Positions 45,597 through 55,704 of a stretch of 64,000 nucleotides of DNA are shown one piece after another. Position 1 is the first letter of the stretch, and the number at the start of each line of letters is the position of its first letter. The notes under the pieces were generated by a model. That model was not told where the DNA came from. It worked only from the letters and a program-made list of their open reading frames with translations, and did no database searches. Position numbers and translations under genes: made by a program. Source of the DNA: a virus (Duplodnaviria > Caudoviricetes); the IMG/VR virus record IMGVR_UViG_3300042307_000844; one strand, given 5' to 3'.

Positions 45597-46848
45597 AATT
45601 TTTAACAGAATATGTTATCAGCCTATTCCAAAAATCCAATCCTTCAGGATGATGTCTTTCAATTATCAATCTGAGAGTCTTCATTAAAACATTTAAATCT
45701 TTCATAATTTGATAAACATTTGAATGTTCTGTTATATTTGGTGCTAAAGATTCGTTGAAGATTTCTTCAAAAGTTCTTCCATTGTTGTTCATTCGTTGTA
45801 ATCTTTCAGCGTGTTTTTTATTATCACTTTCTTTCTTTTTATATGTCATTTTTTTAATCCTACTCAGATCAAAATTAGGATCAATTTGCTCCACTATACT
45901 TCTAATATAATGTGGTCGCCAGTTACAATTGGCTAATTGTTGTATTTCTTTAATATTTAAAGGTTTTTCTTTTAAAGCTGGTATAATTATTTGTTCACAT
46001 AACTCTAAATGTGTCATTCCATTGTTAGCATTTCGTTCCATTACTTCACTCTGTCTCGCCTTCCACGCATCAGAAAGTTTGATACCATATCTTGGATTTT
46101 TATCACCCTTCACCGATAATTCACCGGATGCGAATTTTTGTTTTCTTTTTTCTTTAGTTCTTTTAATACCCGCATCGTAGATGTGTGGATTTTCTAATTT
46201 TCGGATACGCCTAGTTTCTTTTTGTTTTTCAATTGTTTCTTTTGAATGTTTTTTACCTCTCATAAATGATCTATCGACCAATTTATTTGATATTCTCATT
46301 TTTTTCTTGGTTTCTTCACTATGTTTTCTACCAATCATATTACCAACTCTACCTTTTTTATACTCTTCTGGCATGATAGGTGTCCATCCTTGTAAAATCA
46401 TTTCATCATAATGGTTGGGGTCTAATATATTAACATATATAACATTTTCACTCATGTATAATTTTTTATATTTAGGTTTTGCTTTTTTAAGAGATTCATA
46501 AAATCTAGAATTAACATATCGTTGTTCTTGGTGTTTATTTTTTAATCTCATTTGGAAGAAGGCAAAATTCATTTTTTGGTTCTTAATTTTACAATTAAAC
46601 ATTTTCGTCAGCAAAAGATGTGCTATAAAATGATCTCTTCCGGGTAAAATGACTACGTTATCATCACAAGATAGAATTTCAGGATCGACAAATCGTTTAA
46701 ACGATTTTGGTATGATGTGATGTTTTTCACAATAGACATCATCGGAATATTGAGTTGATAAAGATTTATTTATTATGGTAACATACCATTTGACATATTT
46801 TGAGTTGTTCGATATTCTTGTTATTTCGTTTAGTATTGATTTGGTCAT
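45580..46848 (-). CDS. Free-standing HNH homing endonuclease with NUMOD3 repeats
   Basis: 'EKHHIIPKS...N.VILPGRDHFIAH' and 'GRKHSEETKKKM'/'GKKHSKETIEK'; own late TAAATA at 46854-59. Confidence 0.88.
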   Translation of the reverse strand: MTKSILNEITRISNNSKYVKWYVTIINKSLSTQYSDDVYCEKHHIIPKSFKRFVDPEILSCDDNVVILPGRDHFIAHLLLTKMFNCKIKNQKMNFAFFQMRLKNKHQEQRYVNSRFYESLKKAKPKYKKLYMSENVIYVNILDPNHYDEMILQGWTPIMPEEYKKGRVGNMIGRKHSEETKKKMRISNKLVDRSFMRGKKHSKETIEKQKETRRIRKLENPHIYDAGIKRTKEKRKQKFASGELSVKGDKNPRYGIKLSDAWKARQSEVMERNANNGMTHLELCEQIIIPALKEKPLNIKEIQQLANCNWRPHYIRSIVEQIDPNFDLSRIKKMTYKKKESDNKKHAERLQRMNNNGRTFEEIFNESLAPNITEHSNVYQIMKDLNVLMKTLRLIIERHHPEGLDFWNRLITYSVKNFKKLS

Positions 46849-46964
46849 ATAAGTATTTAGTATAAAAGTTCAAAATTTTTCAAAAAACGAGTTAATTACT
46901 ATTCTATCAAGATTTGAACAAAGTAGCTTGCAATCCTATAATTATCTGTTAAGTTAATATTATT

Positions 46965-47699
46965 ATGAGAGCAGCCATTGTGGGGACATCGAATACCGGA
47001 AAATCAACATTAGTGAAAGCTTTTTTGAAAAAGTGGCCAATGTATAAGACAACTGCGAAAACATATCGTGACATTCTAACGGAGAATAATCTTGAACATT
47101 CTTCAAAGACCACAACGGAAACGCAGATTTTGATTCTTGATTGGATGACTACTACATTGGAAGAAAATAAAGATGAAAAATACGTGGTATATGATCGCTG
47201 CCCCTTAGATAATCTTGCATATTCCCTACATGCCGCTGAAAATAACTTAATCTCTGAAGAAGTTTTGGGACTCACCGTTGATATTGTTCGTCGTTCCTTA
47301 AAAAATCTAGATATCATCTTCTGGTTGAAATATGATCCATCAATCAAGATTGTCAATGATGGGACACGCGACACGAATCTTAATTACATTCGGGAGATTG
47401 ATGACATCTTCGCAGGTCTTTATGAACAATATTCCGATCATTTGGGAAACACCCCGTTTTTCATTGCGGAGGATTGTCCCGCGATCATTCCCGTTGACAT
47501 GTCAAATCTCGATGATAGGATTGCGTGGATTGGTGAGTTCATTGATCAGAAAGGTAATCTCGTTGAGACGGGGGAAAGCGTTCTCGATCCCAAGAATCTG
47601 GAAACGATGGAACAAATGCTGAAAGACCAAGGACTCTGGATTGATAAGGATAAGCAATACAAGAATCTGACGGATCAGATTAAGAATTTTAAAATATGA
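46965..47699 (+). CDS. P-loop nucleotide kinase-like (AAA_28/NadR type)
   Basis: 'GTSNTGKST' and 'DRCPLD'. Confidence 0.75.
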   Translation: MRAAIVGTSNTGKSTLVKAFLKKWPMYKTTAKTYRDILTENNLEHSSKTTTETQILILDWMTTTLEENKDEKYVVYDRCPLDNLAYSLHAAENNLISEEVLGLTVDIVRRSLKNLDIIFWLKYDPSIKIVNDGTRDTNLNYIREIDDIFAGLYEQYSDHLGNTPFFIAEDCPAIIPVDMSNLDDRIAWIGEFIDQKGNLVETGESVLDPKNLETMEQMLKDQGLWIDKDKQYKNLTDQIKNFKI

Positions 47700-48499
47700 A
47701 GGAAAGAATCGGGTTAGGTATTATAACCAAAGATCGTCCACAATTTCTAAAAAAATTGTTGGATAGTATTGATGGGTGTAATTGGTTGGAGTTGATCATC
47801 ATCAATGATGGTGATCCATTTGAATGCCCCGGATATAATTATTATATCCATACAAACGAAACAAATTTGGGAGTTGCGGCATCTAAAAATAAGGCAATGA
47901 AACATTTGTTGAACATTGGTTGTGATCACATCTTCCTCATTGAAGACGATATGCTTATCAAAGACCCAAACATTTTTCAAGCATACATTGACGCTTCCAA
48001 GAAGAGTGGAATCCAACACCTGATGTTCGGCTACCACGGTCCTGCCAATAAGAATGGTATCTCCCATGGTAAGCCATGTCCCCGATTGGTGGTAGATTAT
48101 GGGGATTTATCCCTAGCTTTCAATCAGCATTGCGTGGGAGCGTTCTGTTATTATTCCCGCAAGTGTCTGGAAGATGTCGGTCTGATTGACGAGAAATTCC
48201 GAAATGCTTTTGATCATGTTTCCCATAGCTATGAACTTGCCTTGAAAGGATATTCCACTCCTTACTGGTGGTGGGCTGATCTAGCCAATTCCTTGGATTA
48301 CATTGAAGAACAAGCGTGTTCAGAGGAAAATTCGTCCATCAAGACTCCCGAATCCATGCAGAAATGGCAGGATAATATTCGGGGTTCCATGGAGTATTTC
48401 AAGGAAAAATTTGGTATATTCCCATTTGGGAGTGATGGTGTTCCAGATACGAGGGAACAAGAGGTATTGACATTTTTGAAAAGCGTGAGATCATTTTGA
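47696..48499 (+). CDS. Glycosyltransferase family 2
   Basis: 'IITKDR', 'INDG', 'NLGVAASKN', 'IEDD', 'GLIDEKF'. Confidence 0.88.
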   Translation: MKERIGLGIITKDRPQFLKKLLDSIDGCNWLELIIINDGDPFECPGYNYYIHTNETNLGVAASKNKAMKHLLNIGCDHIFLIEDDMLIKDPNIFQAYIDASKKSGIQHLMFGYHGPANKNGISHGKPCPRLVVDYGDLSLAFNQHCVGAFCYYSRKCLEDVGLIDEKFRNAFDHVSHSYELALKGYSTPYWWWADLANSLDYIEEQACSEENSSIKTPESMQKWQDNIRGSMEYFKEKFGIFPFGSDGVPDTREQEVLTFLKSVRSF

Positions 48500-48738
48500 T
48501 TATGGTGAAAGAAATTAAAACAATCAAAGTTGATTATTGGTCACATCAAAAATTATCCGAAAAAATCATTTTGATGATTCAAAGTAGTATAGATAAAAAT
48601 GAGAGTGTTTATGAATTGAATTGTGTTCCGAATATGAAAAAACCCTATTTTTGGGAATTTTGGAAATGGAGTACTTATCGAAAAGAGTGTGATAGAATCA
48701 TGGAATCGGTTCGGTCGAGTATTAACAATTTTAAATAA
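48496..48738 (+). CDS. Hypothetical protein
   Basis: Coupled ORF within the island. Confidence 0.5.
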   Translation: MIMVKEIKTIKVDYWSHQKLSEKIILMIQSSIDKNESVYELNCVPNMKKPYFWEFWKWSTYRKECDRIMESVRSSINNFK

Positions 48739-49547
48739 TGAAAACAGATTTAAATAATATTGGCTTGATGATTCACTTCCGTAGGGATGTGGATGACCGC
48801 TTTCGCAATCTGGAAATGGTTGTTAAATTTTATCGTGAGAATTCCGATAACCTGCAAATCGCCATTCTAAATGACGATAAGGAATTGGATAAGGACTTCA
48901 AGAGACTCTGTAAGCAATACGATTGTAAGGGTCTATTCATGGAGAACAACGATGTCTATTGGAGAACCAAGGCATTCAATGAGATGTCCAAAATTCTGGA
49001 TGTGGAGTGTCTAATTGCGGGAGATACTGATGTGATCGTTGATCCGAAATTTATTCTGGAAGCAAAGCAATTGTTTGACGAAAATACGGGGATTGTGTAT
49101 CCTTACAACGGAATGTTCATACATTTGAAGCAACCGATGTTTGAAATATTCGCCGTAGGTCAAGCCCTACTTGACCTATTGGACAAATCTCAAACACTGA
49201 AACCTATTCCTTATGATCAGGATGAGAATTTTCTCGTTGCACATCCTCAGAGCAAAGGGGGGATGGTAATGTTTAGTAAGAAAGCATTTTTAGATTGTAA
49301 CGGATACAATCCCAATTTCAAGGGATGGGGATATGAAGATGATGAAATTCTAGCTAGATTTCAGAAATCGGGTTGGGATATTTTGAGAGTTGGTAATAAA
49401 GACGCAATTGCATGGCATCTTCCTCATGAGAATACGGTGAGAGAGAAACATCCATATTACGAAAACAATCGTAAGCATTCTGATTTTGTTTGTGGCAATA
49501 CTTGGGGACAAGAATTGGAAAATTATATCAAGAGTTGGAAGATTTGA
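48738..49547 (+). CDS. Galactosyltransferase-like (GT7 C-terminal motif)
   Basis: 'DTD' and 'GYNPNFKGWGYEDDE'. Confidence 0.85.
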   Translation: MKTDLNNIGLMIHFRRDVDDRFRNLEMVVKFYRENSDNLQIAILNDDKELDKDFKRLCKQYDCKGLFMENNDVYWRTKAFNEMSKILDVECLIAGDTDVIVDPKFILEAKQLFDENTGIVYPYNGMFIHLKQPMFEIFAVGQALLDLLDKSQTLKPIPYDQDENFLVAHPQSKGGMVMFSKKAFLDCNGYNPNFKGWGYEDDEILARFQKSGWDILRVGNKDAIAWHLPHENTVREKHPYYENNRKHSDFVCGNTWGQELENYIKSWKI

Positions 49548-50242
49548 AACCTAGATTTTCCATATGTATTCCCGTTTGGGAACAGCACGGATTTGGTCTT
49601 CAATATCTGAAAGACCTGATTCATTCGATTCAAATCCAAACATTTCATGATTGGGAAATTGTAATTTCCGATCACAGTCAAAATTTTGATATTTCCGATT
49701 ATTGCTTTGAAGAATGGAAAAATGATTACACCATACGATATGTCAAATATGATGAAAATTACGGCAACGGTGTCGCCAATCTCAACAATGCTTTAAAAAT
49801 GGCAAATGGAGAAATTATCAAGATCATGTTTCAAGATGATTTCATGTTCACGCATAAATGTTTAGAAGCTTTACATGAAACGTTTCAGGATGAAAATACA
49901 AAATGGGCTGTTTGTGGGTGCAATCATACGAGAGATGGGGTAAAATTTGAAAGACCCATGGTTCCGTCTTGGAATAATTATTTATTGGAAGGTATAAACA
50001 CGATCAGTTCCCCATCCGTTCTAGCATTTAGAAATGAAAACATTGAATTGTTTGATGAGAACTTGACAATGCTCATGGATGTGGAATACTACTATCGATT
50101 GGGAAGACGATACGGATTACCTACGATACTTGAAGATTGTTTGGTTACTAATCGTTGTCATGAAAATCAAATCAGTAGTAGGTATTCTGGAAATTTGGGA
50201 GATGAAGTAAGATATTGTAAAGAAAAATATGATAGTAACTGA
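49544..50242 (+). CDS. Glycosyltransferase family 2
   Basis: 'FSICIPVWE', 'ISDHS', 'FQDD', 'DVEYY'. Start set at the TTGA overlap. Confidence 0.85.
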   Translation: MKPRFSICIPVWEQHGFGLQYLKDLIHSIQIQTFHDWEIVISDHSQNFDISDYCFEEWKNDYTIRYVKYDENYGNGVANLNNALKMANGEIIKIMFQDDFMFTHKCLEALHETFQDENTKWAVCGCNHTRDGVKFERPMVPSWNNYLLEGINTISSPSVLAFRNENIELFDENLTMLMDVEYYYRLGRRYGLPTILEDCLVTNRCHENQISSRYSGNLGDEVRYCKEKYDSN

Positions 50243-51119
50243 AATATACAACGGTCAAGGGCTAGGTAATCAACTTGCTTGTTATGTGACAACACGGGTA
50301 GTTGCCAAGGATAAGGGATTTGATTTTGGGATTATGAATCCCCATAAATTTAAATGTTTGGATTTTATGGATTTAGATTTTGGATTGCCTGTTACGGGTG
50401 GTTCTGGTAGGGAAGGTGGACCACCTGATACGCTTCCCGATGATATTCAGCATTATTTTAAAGAAAGATGGTTGTATCTTTCAAATGGTTCTAATGTGAC
50501 AATCGATGATCTAAATTTGGAATCTATTCAGGATAATACAAAAATTGACGGGATTTTTCAATCGGAAGATCGTATCATCCATCGTAAAGATGAAATTAGA
50601 CAATGGTTGAAAGTCAAAGCAGAAAAAGATTGCTATGATTATTCTGATCCAAATATTTGCATCATTAATTATCGTGGTGGAGAATATGCGAGTGTTGTCC
50701 ATTTCCATTTAAATGGGAAGTATTGGGATGATGCGATTGATAGAATGCGAAAAATTAACCCGAATTTTAGATTTGTAGTTATCACTGATGATGTAGAAAG
50801 AGCAAGCAGACAATTCCCTGATTTTGAAGTGAAACATTATGATGTGGGGACAGATTTCACTATTATCAAGAATGCTCATTATTTGATTTTATCAAATTCC
50901 AGCTTCCCGTATTTTGCCACTTTACTAAGTGATACTGTAAAGTATATATTAGCTCCCAAGTATTGGGGTCGCCATAATATCTCTGATGGTTATTGGTCAT
51001 GCGGATATAATATTTTTAGAAATCACAATTATTTAGATAGAGAGGGGAATCTCTTTACTTGGGAAGAATGTGTGATAGAACATGAGGAATACAAAAAACG
51101 AACAGGAATTTATGGGTAA
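50229..51119 (+). CDS. Alpha-1,2-fucosyltransferase-like (GT11)
   Basis: 'GLGNQL', 'YRGGEY', and 'ILSNSSF'. Confidence 0.85.
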   Translation: MIVTEIYNGQGLGNQLACYVTTRVVAKDKGFDFGIMNPHKFKCLDFMDLDFGLPVTGGSGREGGPPDTLPDDIQHYFKERWLYLSNGSNVTIDDLNLESIQDNTKIDGIFQSEDRIIHRKDEIRQWLKVKAEKDCYDYSDPNICIINYRGGEYASVVHFHLNGKYWDDAIDRMRKINPNFRFVVITDDVERASRQFPDFEVKHYDVGTDFTIIKNAHYLILSNSSFPYFATLLSDTVKYILAPKYWGRHNISDGYWSCGYNIFRNHNYLDREGNLFTWEECVIEHEEYKKRTGIYG

Positions 51120-51888
51120 AGTATTTGATGTATTTTCATTTTTCAATGAGTTGGATTTGTTGGAAGTTCGTCTGAACATTCTGGACAAATACGTGGATTA
51201 TTTTGTGATTGTAGAATCGAGACAAACTTTCACAGGAGTTGAAAAGCCGTTGTATTACGAGGAAAATAAAGAGCGTTTCAAACAATGGCATTCCAAGATC
51301 ATTCATCATGTGATGCCTGATTTTCCCCAAGATGGAGATCATTATCAACGAGCATTGAGAAGTCCAAATGTTGGAGACGGTGCGGAGAATTGGTTGCGAG
51401 AATTTTATCAGAAGGAAGCTCCAATCCGTGCTTTGGAAAACATTTGTATTGATGATGATATTATTTTTCTATCAGATTTGGATGAGATTTGGAATCCTGA
51501 AAATCCAGACATTTGTTATAATTTACAACATGGACAAGTTTATCGACCAATCCAAACAGCATATCCATATTATTTAAATAACCGTTCCAATCAGGATATC
51601 GGTTGCTGGACGGGAACAAGAGTCGGGACATATAAGACGCTAAAACATTATGGTTGCAATCATTTTAGGACAGAGCGAGAAGCTAAGAGCATCCCCGTTT
51701 CAAACGGGGGGTGGCATTTCAGTTGGACAAACAAGGATGCAAAATATGAAGCATTTAAATACAACGATGTCCAAGCTCGTTATGAAATCGTTTCCAGAGA
51801 ACAAACTTGGAAAGACGAATCGGATTTACCAGAGTATATTATGAAAAATAAAGAAGAATTGGTGGAGAAAGGATTAATGTTGCAATGA
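51112..51888 (+). CDS. GT17-like beta-1,4-GlcNAc transferase
   Basis: 'FNELDLLEVRL', 'VES..TFTG', 'SDLDEI', and 'GWHFS'. Confidence 0.85.
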   Translation: MGKVFDVFSFFNELDLLEVRLNILDKYVDYFVIVESRQTFTGVEKPLYYEENKERFKQWHSKIIHHVMPDFPQDGDHYQRALRSPNVGDGAENWLREFYQKEAPIRALENICIDDDIIFLSDLDEIWNPENPDICYNLQHGQVYRPIQTAYPYYLNNRSNQDIGCWTGTRVGTYKTLKHYGCNHFRTEREAKSIPVSNGGWHFSWTNKDAKYEAFKYNDVQARYEIVSREQTWKDESDLPEYIMKNKEELVEKGLMLQ

Positions 51889-52478
51889 CAAGAACTGAAA
51901 TTATTAATGCGCTTATTGATAAGCATGGATATGAAGATTATCTGGAGATTGGCGTAAATACGCCATCACAACCGGGATATAATTGGGTGGGGGTGAAAGC
52001 TAGAATTAAACACGGAGTTGATCCTAATGTTGATACAACATATCGGATGACATCTGATGAATTTTTCGAGAAACCTTTATCACAGAATTATAGTATTATT
52101 TTCGTAGATGGACTTCATATTTTCGAACAGGTTTATCGTGATATTGTAAATTCTTTAAAATACTTGTCTCCAAATGGAACTATTGTCGTTCATGATTGTA
52201 ATCCCGTCACGGAAATCACACAGCGCAGAGAACGTGCTTCCGATGCGTGGCATGGTGATGTTTGGAAGGCTATTGTGAAGCTCCGCATGGAGGAAATCGG
52301 ACTCACCATCCACACAGTTGACACCGACGAGGGATGTGCTATTATCCGTAGAGGTAGTCAAATTCTACTTCCCGTTTCTTCTGATGAAGACCCATATGAT
52401 TATTCGTTTCTGGAAAGACGAAGGGTGGAAGCTCTGAATCTGATTGGTGTTGAAGAATTTAAGAGAATTTATCTATGA
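51885..52478 (+). CDS. Class I SAM methyltransferase (Methyltransf_24-like)
   Basis: 'YLEIGV', 'FVDGLH', and 'VHD'. Confidence 0.85.
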   Translation: MTRTEIINALIDKHGYEDYLEIGVNTPSQPGYNWVGVKARIKHGVDPNVDTTYRMTSDEFFEKPLSQNYSIIFVDGLHIFEQVYRDIVNSLKYLSPNGTIVVHDCNPVTEITQRRERASDAWHGDVWKAIVKLRMEEIGLTIHTVDTDEGCAIIRRGSQILLPVSSDEDPYDYSFLERRRVEALNLIGVEEFKRIYL

Positions 52479-52684
52479 AACCTATGATAAAATGGCATCC
52501 AGCTTTTCGCTGGTCAGTTGGAGCTTTGATATGGATGTTCTTCATAGTTCCCGTTTGTGTAATTGGCTCGATATATTTGCTATTAACTGATACATTGGAA
52601 TCTATTGGTGATAGGTTTTCAGAGCTTGGCGATGTCTTAGGAGAAACTTTCGGAGGCATTTTATTCGGTGAAAAAAATTCATAA
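52475..52684 (+). CDS. Small membrane protein
   Basis: One long hydrophobic segment. Confidence 0.5.
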   Translation: MKPMIKWHPAFRWSVGALIWMFFIVPVCVIGSIYLLLTDTLESIGDRFSELGDVLGETFGGILFGEKNS

Positions 52685-53402
52685 AAATTTCGTAGTCGTT
52701 AGCGATTACAATTGGCTACCCGATAATCTTGAGGATTCTTGGGTTGACAGGTGGTGTGAGAATTATCTGATCTATGACCGCTATCATCGATTTCCCGAAT
52801 CGGATAAGGTGAAACATCAGAAGAATGTGGGGCAAAATGTTTATGATATGTTCCACTTCATTCTTGAGAATTACGATAATCTCCCCGATTCTACTTTATT
52901 CTGTCGAGCATGTCTGATGAATCAAAAAGATACGGGAACACCAAGGCACGATGAAAATGGTCGAGTTATTTCCAACGGAAATTGCACTGAAGAATTTTTC
53001 CTAAGTGTTGCCAACAATACAACATTCACAGAAATTCAGGATTTTACCACGGAGCCTTGGAGAATTAATAATGTGGCTAACAAGATCGGGGATGACAACA
53101 GCTACATGGAAATCAATAACTCTTGGTATTTTGGAAAACATCAAGGGAAATATTATTCAAACATCAACGATTTTTTCAATGACATGTGGGAGAATCCTGA
53201 GATTCCTGAGTGGTTCAGATTCGCACCGGGAGTGAATTATATCATCCCGAAGGAGTATATTTTGAAATACTCCAAAAAATTCTACCAAAGAATCCTTGAT
53301 ATACTTGGATGGGATGTTATTGTTGGGGAAGCTCACATGATTGAGCGAGCATTGTGGACAATATTCCATAATGATTGGAAAGTAAAAGAAGAATATAGAT
53401 AA
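52668..53402 (+). CDS. DUF3431-like protein
   Basis: 'NVG......FILENYDNLPD...F', 'FAPG', and 'AHMIERA'. Confidence 0.65.
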   Translation: MKKIHKNFVVVSDYNWLPDNLEDSWVDRWCENYLIYDRYHRFPESDKVKHQKNVGQNVYDMFHFILENYDNLPDSTLFCRACLMNQKDTGTPRHDENGRVISNGNCTEEFFLSVANNTTFTEIQDFTTEPWRINNVANKIGDDNSYMEINNSWYFGKHQGKYYSNINDFFNDMWENPEIPEWFRFAPGVNYIIPKEYILKYSKKFYQRILDILGWDVIVGEAHMIERALWTIFHNDWKVKEEYR

Positions 53403-53956
53403 TGCAACCAATACATTTAAGAAACATCCCCCCTCCTGCTGAAACATTCAACCATACTGAATTTTTCGATTTGTTATTCAAGTGGATTCGTCCAGAACAC
53501 TATCTAGAACTTGGTGTGCGGCATGGAGGTAATTTCGTCACGCTTGCCAAACACTGTAAGAAAGCGGTTGGAGTTGATATGATTCCCGCCGAATTTCCGG
53601 TGGTGGGTAATATGGAATACCACCAAAAAACAACTGATGATTATTTTGAATCATTAACTACTGAACAATTTGATGCCGTGTTTATTGACGCTGACCATTC
53701 CCACGAACAATCTTTGAAAGATTTTAACAATGTAAAAGATAGAGTGATCGAGGATGGATTTATATTTTTTCATGATACCTATCCTTGGGATTGGTCTATG
53801 ACTGACAGAGGGCAATGTGAAGATGTTTACAAAACCGCGAAATATATCAAACAAAATCTAATCGATGACTTTGAAATTGTCACATTACCATTCAATCCCG
53901 GTGTGACGATTTGTAAGAAGATTTCTAGAACAAAACAAATGATTTATGACTGGTGA
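53402..53956 (+). CDS. Class I SAM methyltransferase (Methyltransf_24-like)
   Basis: 'YLELGV', 'FIDADHS', and 'FHD'. Confidence 0.85.
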   Translation: MQPIHLRNIPPPAETFNHTEFFDLLFKWIRPEHYLELGVRHGGNFVTLAKHCKKAVGVDMIPAEFPVVGNMEYHQKTTDDYFESLTTEQFDAVFIDADHSHEQSLKDFNNVKDRVIEDGFIFFHDTYPWDWSMTDRGQCEDVYKTAKYIKQNLIDDFEIVTLPFNPGVTICKKISRTKQMIYDW

Positions 53957-54878
53957 GAAAATTTTCATAACGGGCGGTGCTGGATTTCTTGGTAGAAATT
54001 TAATTCGTCGCTTGCATCAAGATAATGAAATCACCGTGTATTCACGCGATGAGTCCAAACACTATTATCTGAAAAAGGAATACCCAAAGGTGAATTTTGT
54101 GGTTGGAGATATCCGCAATCGTGATCTGCTGATCAGAAAATCAAGACATCACACTGTGGGTATTTTCGCCGCATCCCTGAAACAGATTGAAGCTTGTAAT
54201 GATAATTATGAGGAAGCTTCAAAAATCATTATTGATGGTGCAATCAATTCCAGAATTGCGGCAGAGGAAAATAATTTCAAAGCTGCTTGCTTCATCTCAT
54301 CTGATAAAAGCAGAGCAGCAACTACAATTTATGGTGCAATGAAATATGTAGCTGGTGAGTGTTTCATTGCAGGAGAGTGGAGTCCTACCAAATTGACAAC
54401 AGCGGTCTATGGCAATGTTATGAATTCCACAGGTTCAATCATTCCGTTGATTTGGGAATATATTAAGAGTGGTAAGACGCTTTCCCTATACGGGGAAGAA
54501 ATGACTCGGTTTCTAATGGATGTGGATGATGCTGTTGATTTAATTTTAAAATCTACGAAATATAATAAATGTAACGTGATTCCTAGTCTGAGATCATTCT
54601 ATGTAATTGATATTTTTAACATTTATAAAGAAAAATTTGGTCTAAAATATGAGATATCAGAACCACGAACGGGGGAGAAGATACATGAAATCATGGCATC
54701 TTCCGAAGAAATTCGCCGGATGCGATATATGGATGGTGACGATTTATATTTATTATATCCAGATAAATGTGGTCATGACATTACATTTTTTAATAATGAA
54801 TATTCTTCAAGAGACAACTCACTTGAATATATAGAACTTGAAAGGTATTTAGAATCTAAAAATTATTTCAAACCATGA
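53946..54878 (+). CDS. UDP-GlcNAc 4,6-dehydratase-like (CapD/PseB/FnlA family)
   Basis: 'TGGAGFLG', 'SRDE', 'SSDK', 'YGAMK', 'YGNV', 'MTRF', 'GEKIHE'. Confidence 0.9.
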   Translation: MTGEKIFITGGAGFLGRNLIRRLHQDNEITVYSRDESKHYYLKKEYPKVNFVVGDIRNRDLLIRKSRHHTVGIFAASLKQIEACNDNYEEASKIIIDGAINSRIAAEENNFKAACFISSDKSRAATTIYGAMKYVAGECFIAGEWSPTKLTTAVYGNVMNSTGSIIPLIWEYIKSGKTLSLYGEEMTRFLMDVDDAVDLILKSTKYNKCNVIPSLRSFYVIDIFNIYKEKFGLKYEISEPRTGEKIHEIMASSEEIRRMRYMDGDDLYLLYPDKCGHDITFFNNEYSSRDNSLEYIELERYLESKNYFKP

Positions 54879-55675
54879 AAATTGTAGTATTTGGTAGCAC
54901 AGGAATGTTGGGGACTTATTGTGTGAAGTATTTTTCCCAAATGGGATACGATGTGGTCGGGGTGGATAGAACCACGTTAGACCTAACATCGGATCATAAA
55001 ACGATATTAGATTACCTACATCGGAACGTGACGGAAAATGATATTATAATCAACGCCGCTGGATGCATTCCCCAAAGAGTTAAAGATGATGATGTGATGT
55101 TTGCTGTTAATACCATATTTCCACATGTATTATCAAAATTTAAAATAGACGTTCCTTGCCAAATTATACATGTAAGCACTGATTGTGTTTATAGTGGGGA
55201 GCGCGGGTTTTATGATGAAAATTCCCCCCACGATTGTAAAGACACATATGGAAAAAGCAAGTCATTGGGGGAGCCTCAAAATCTCACTATCATTAGAACA
55301 TCGATCATTGGGGAAGAAATTCACAACAAACGGTCGTTATTAGAATGGTGTAAACGAGAATCTGATAATACTGTTCGTGGGTATGTCAATCATTGGTGGA
55401 ATGGTGTTACATGTCTGGAACTATGTAAGCATATGGAATATATCATCCGTAATTGGTATTTCTGGGCTGGGGTGACGATATACTACTCACCAGACACCCA
55501 CACAAAATATAATTTAATCAACATGATTTCGGATATTTTTAATCTAAATTTAACAATAATCCCAACTATTGGTAGTAAATGTTATCGAAATATGAAATCT
55601 ATTACTTCTCCGTGTTCATCTAAAACCATCAGGCAGCAGTTAATAGAATTGAGAAATTTTAATATATATTGTTGA
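54875..55675 (+). CDS. RmlD-like NDP-4-keto-6-deoxysugar reductase
   Basis: 'GSTGMLG', 'STDCVY', and 'YGKSK'. Confidence 0.88.
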   Translation: MKIVVFGSTGMLGTYCVKYFSQMGYDVVGVDRTTLDLTSDHKTILDYLHRNVTENDIIINAAGCIPQRVKDDDVMFAVNTIFPHVLSKFKIDVPCQIIHVSTDCVYSGERGFYDENSPHDCKDTYGKSKSLGEPQNLTIIRTSIIGEEIHNKRSLLEWCKRESDNTVRGYVNHWWNGVTCLELCKHMEYIIRNWYFWAGVTIYYSPDTHTKYNLINMISDIFNLNLTIIPTIGSKCYRNMKSITSPCSSKTIRQQLIELRNFNIYC

Positions 55676-55704
55676 ATTATTTGATTTGTCGCTAAATAAT
55701 CATA

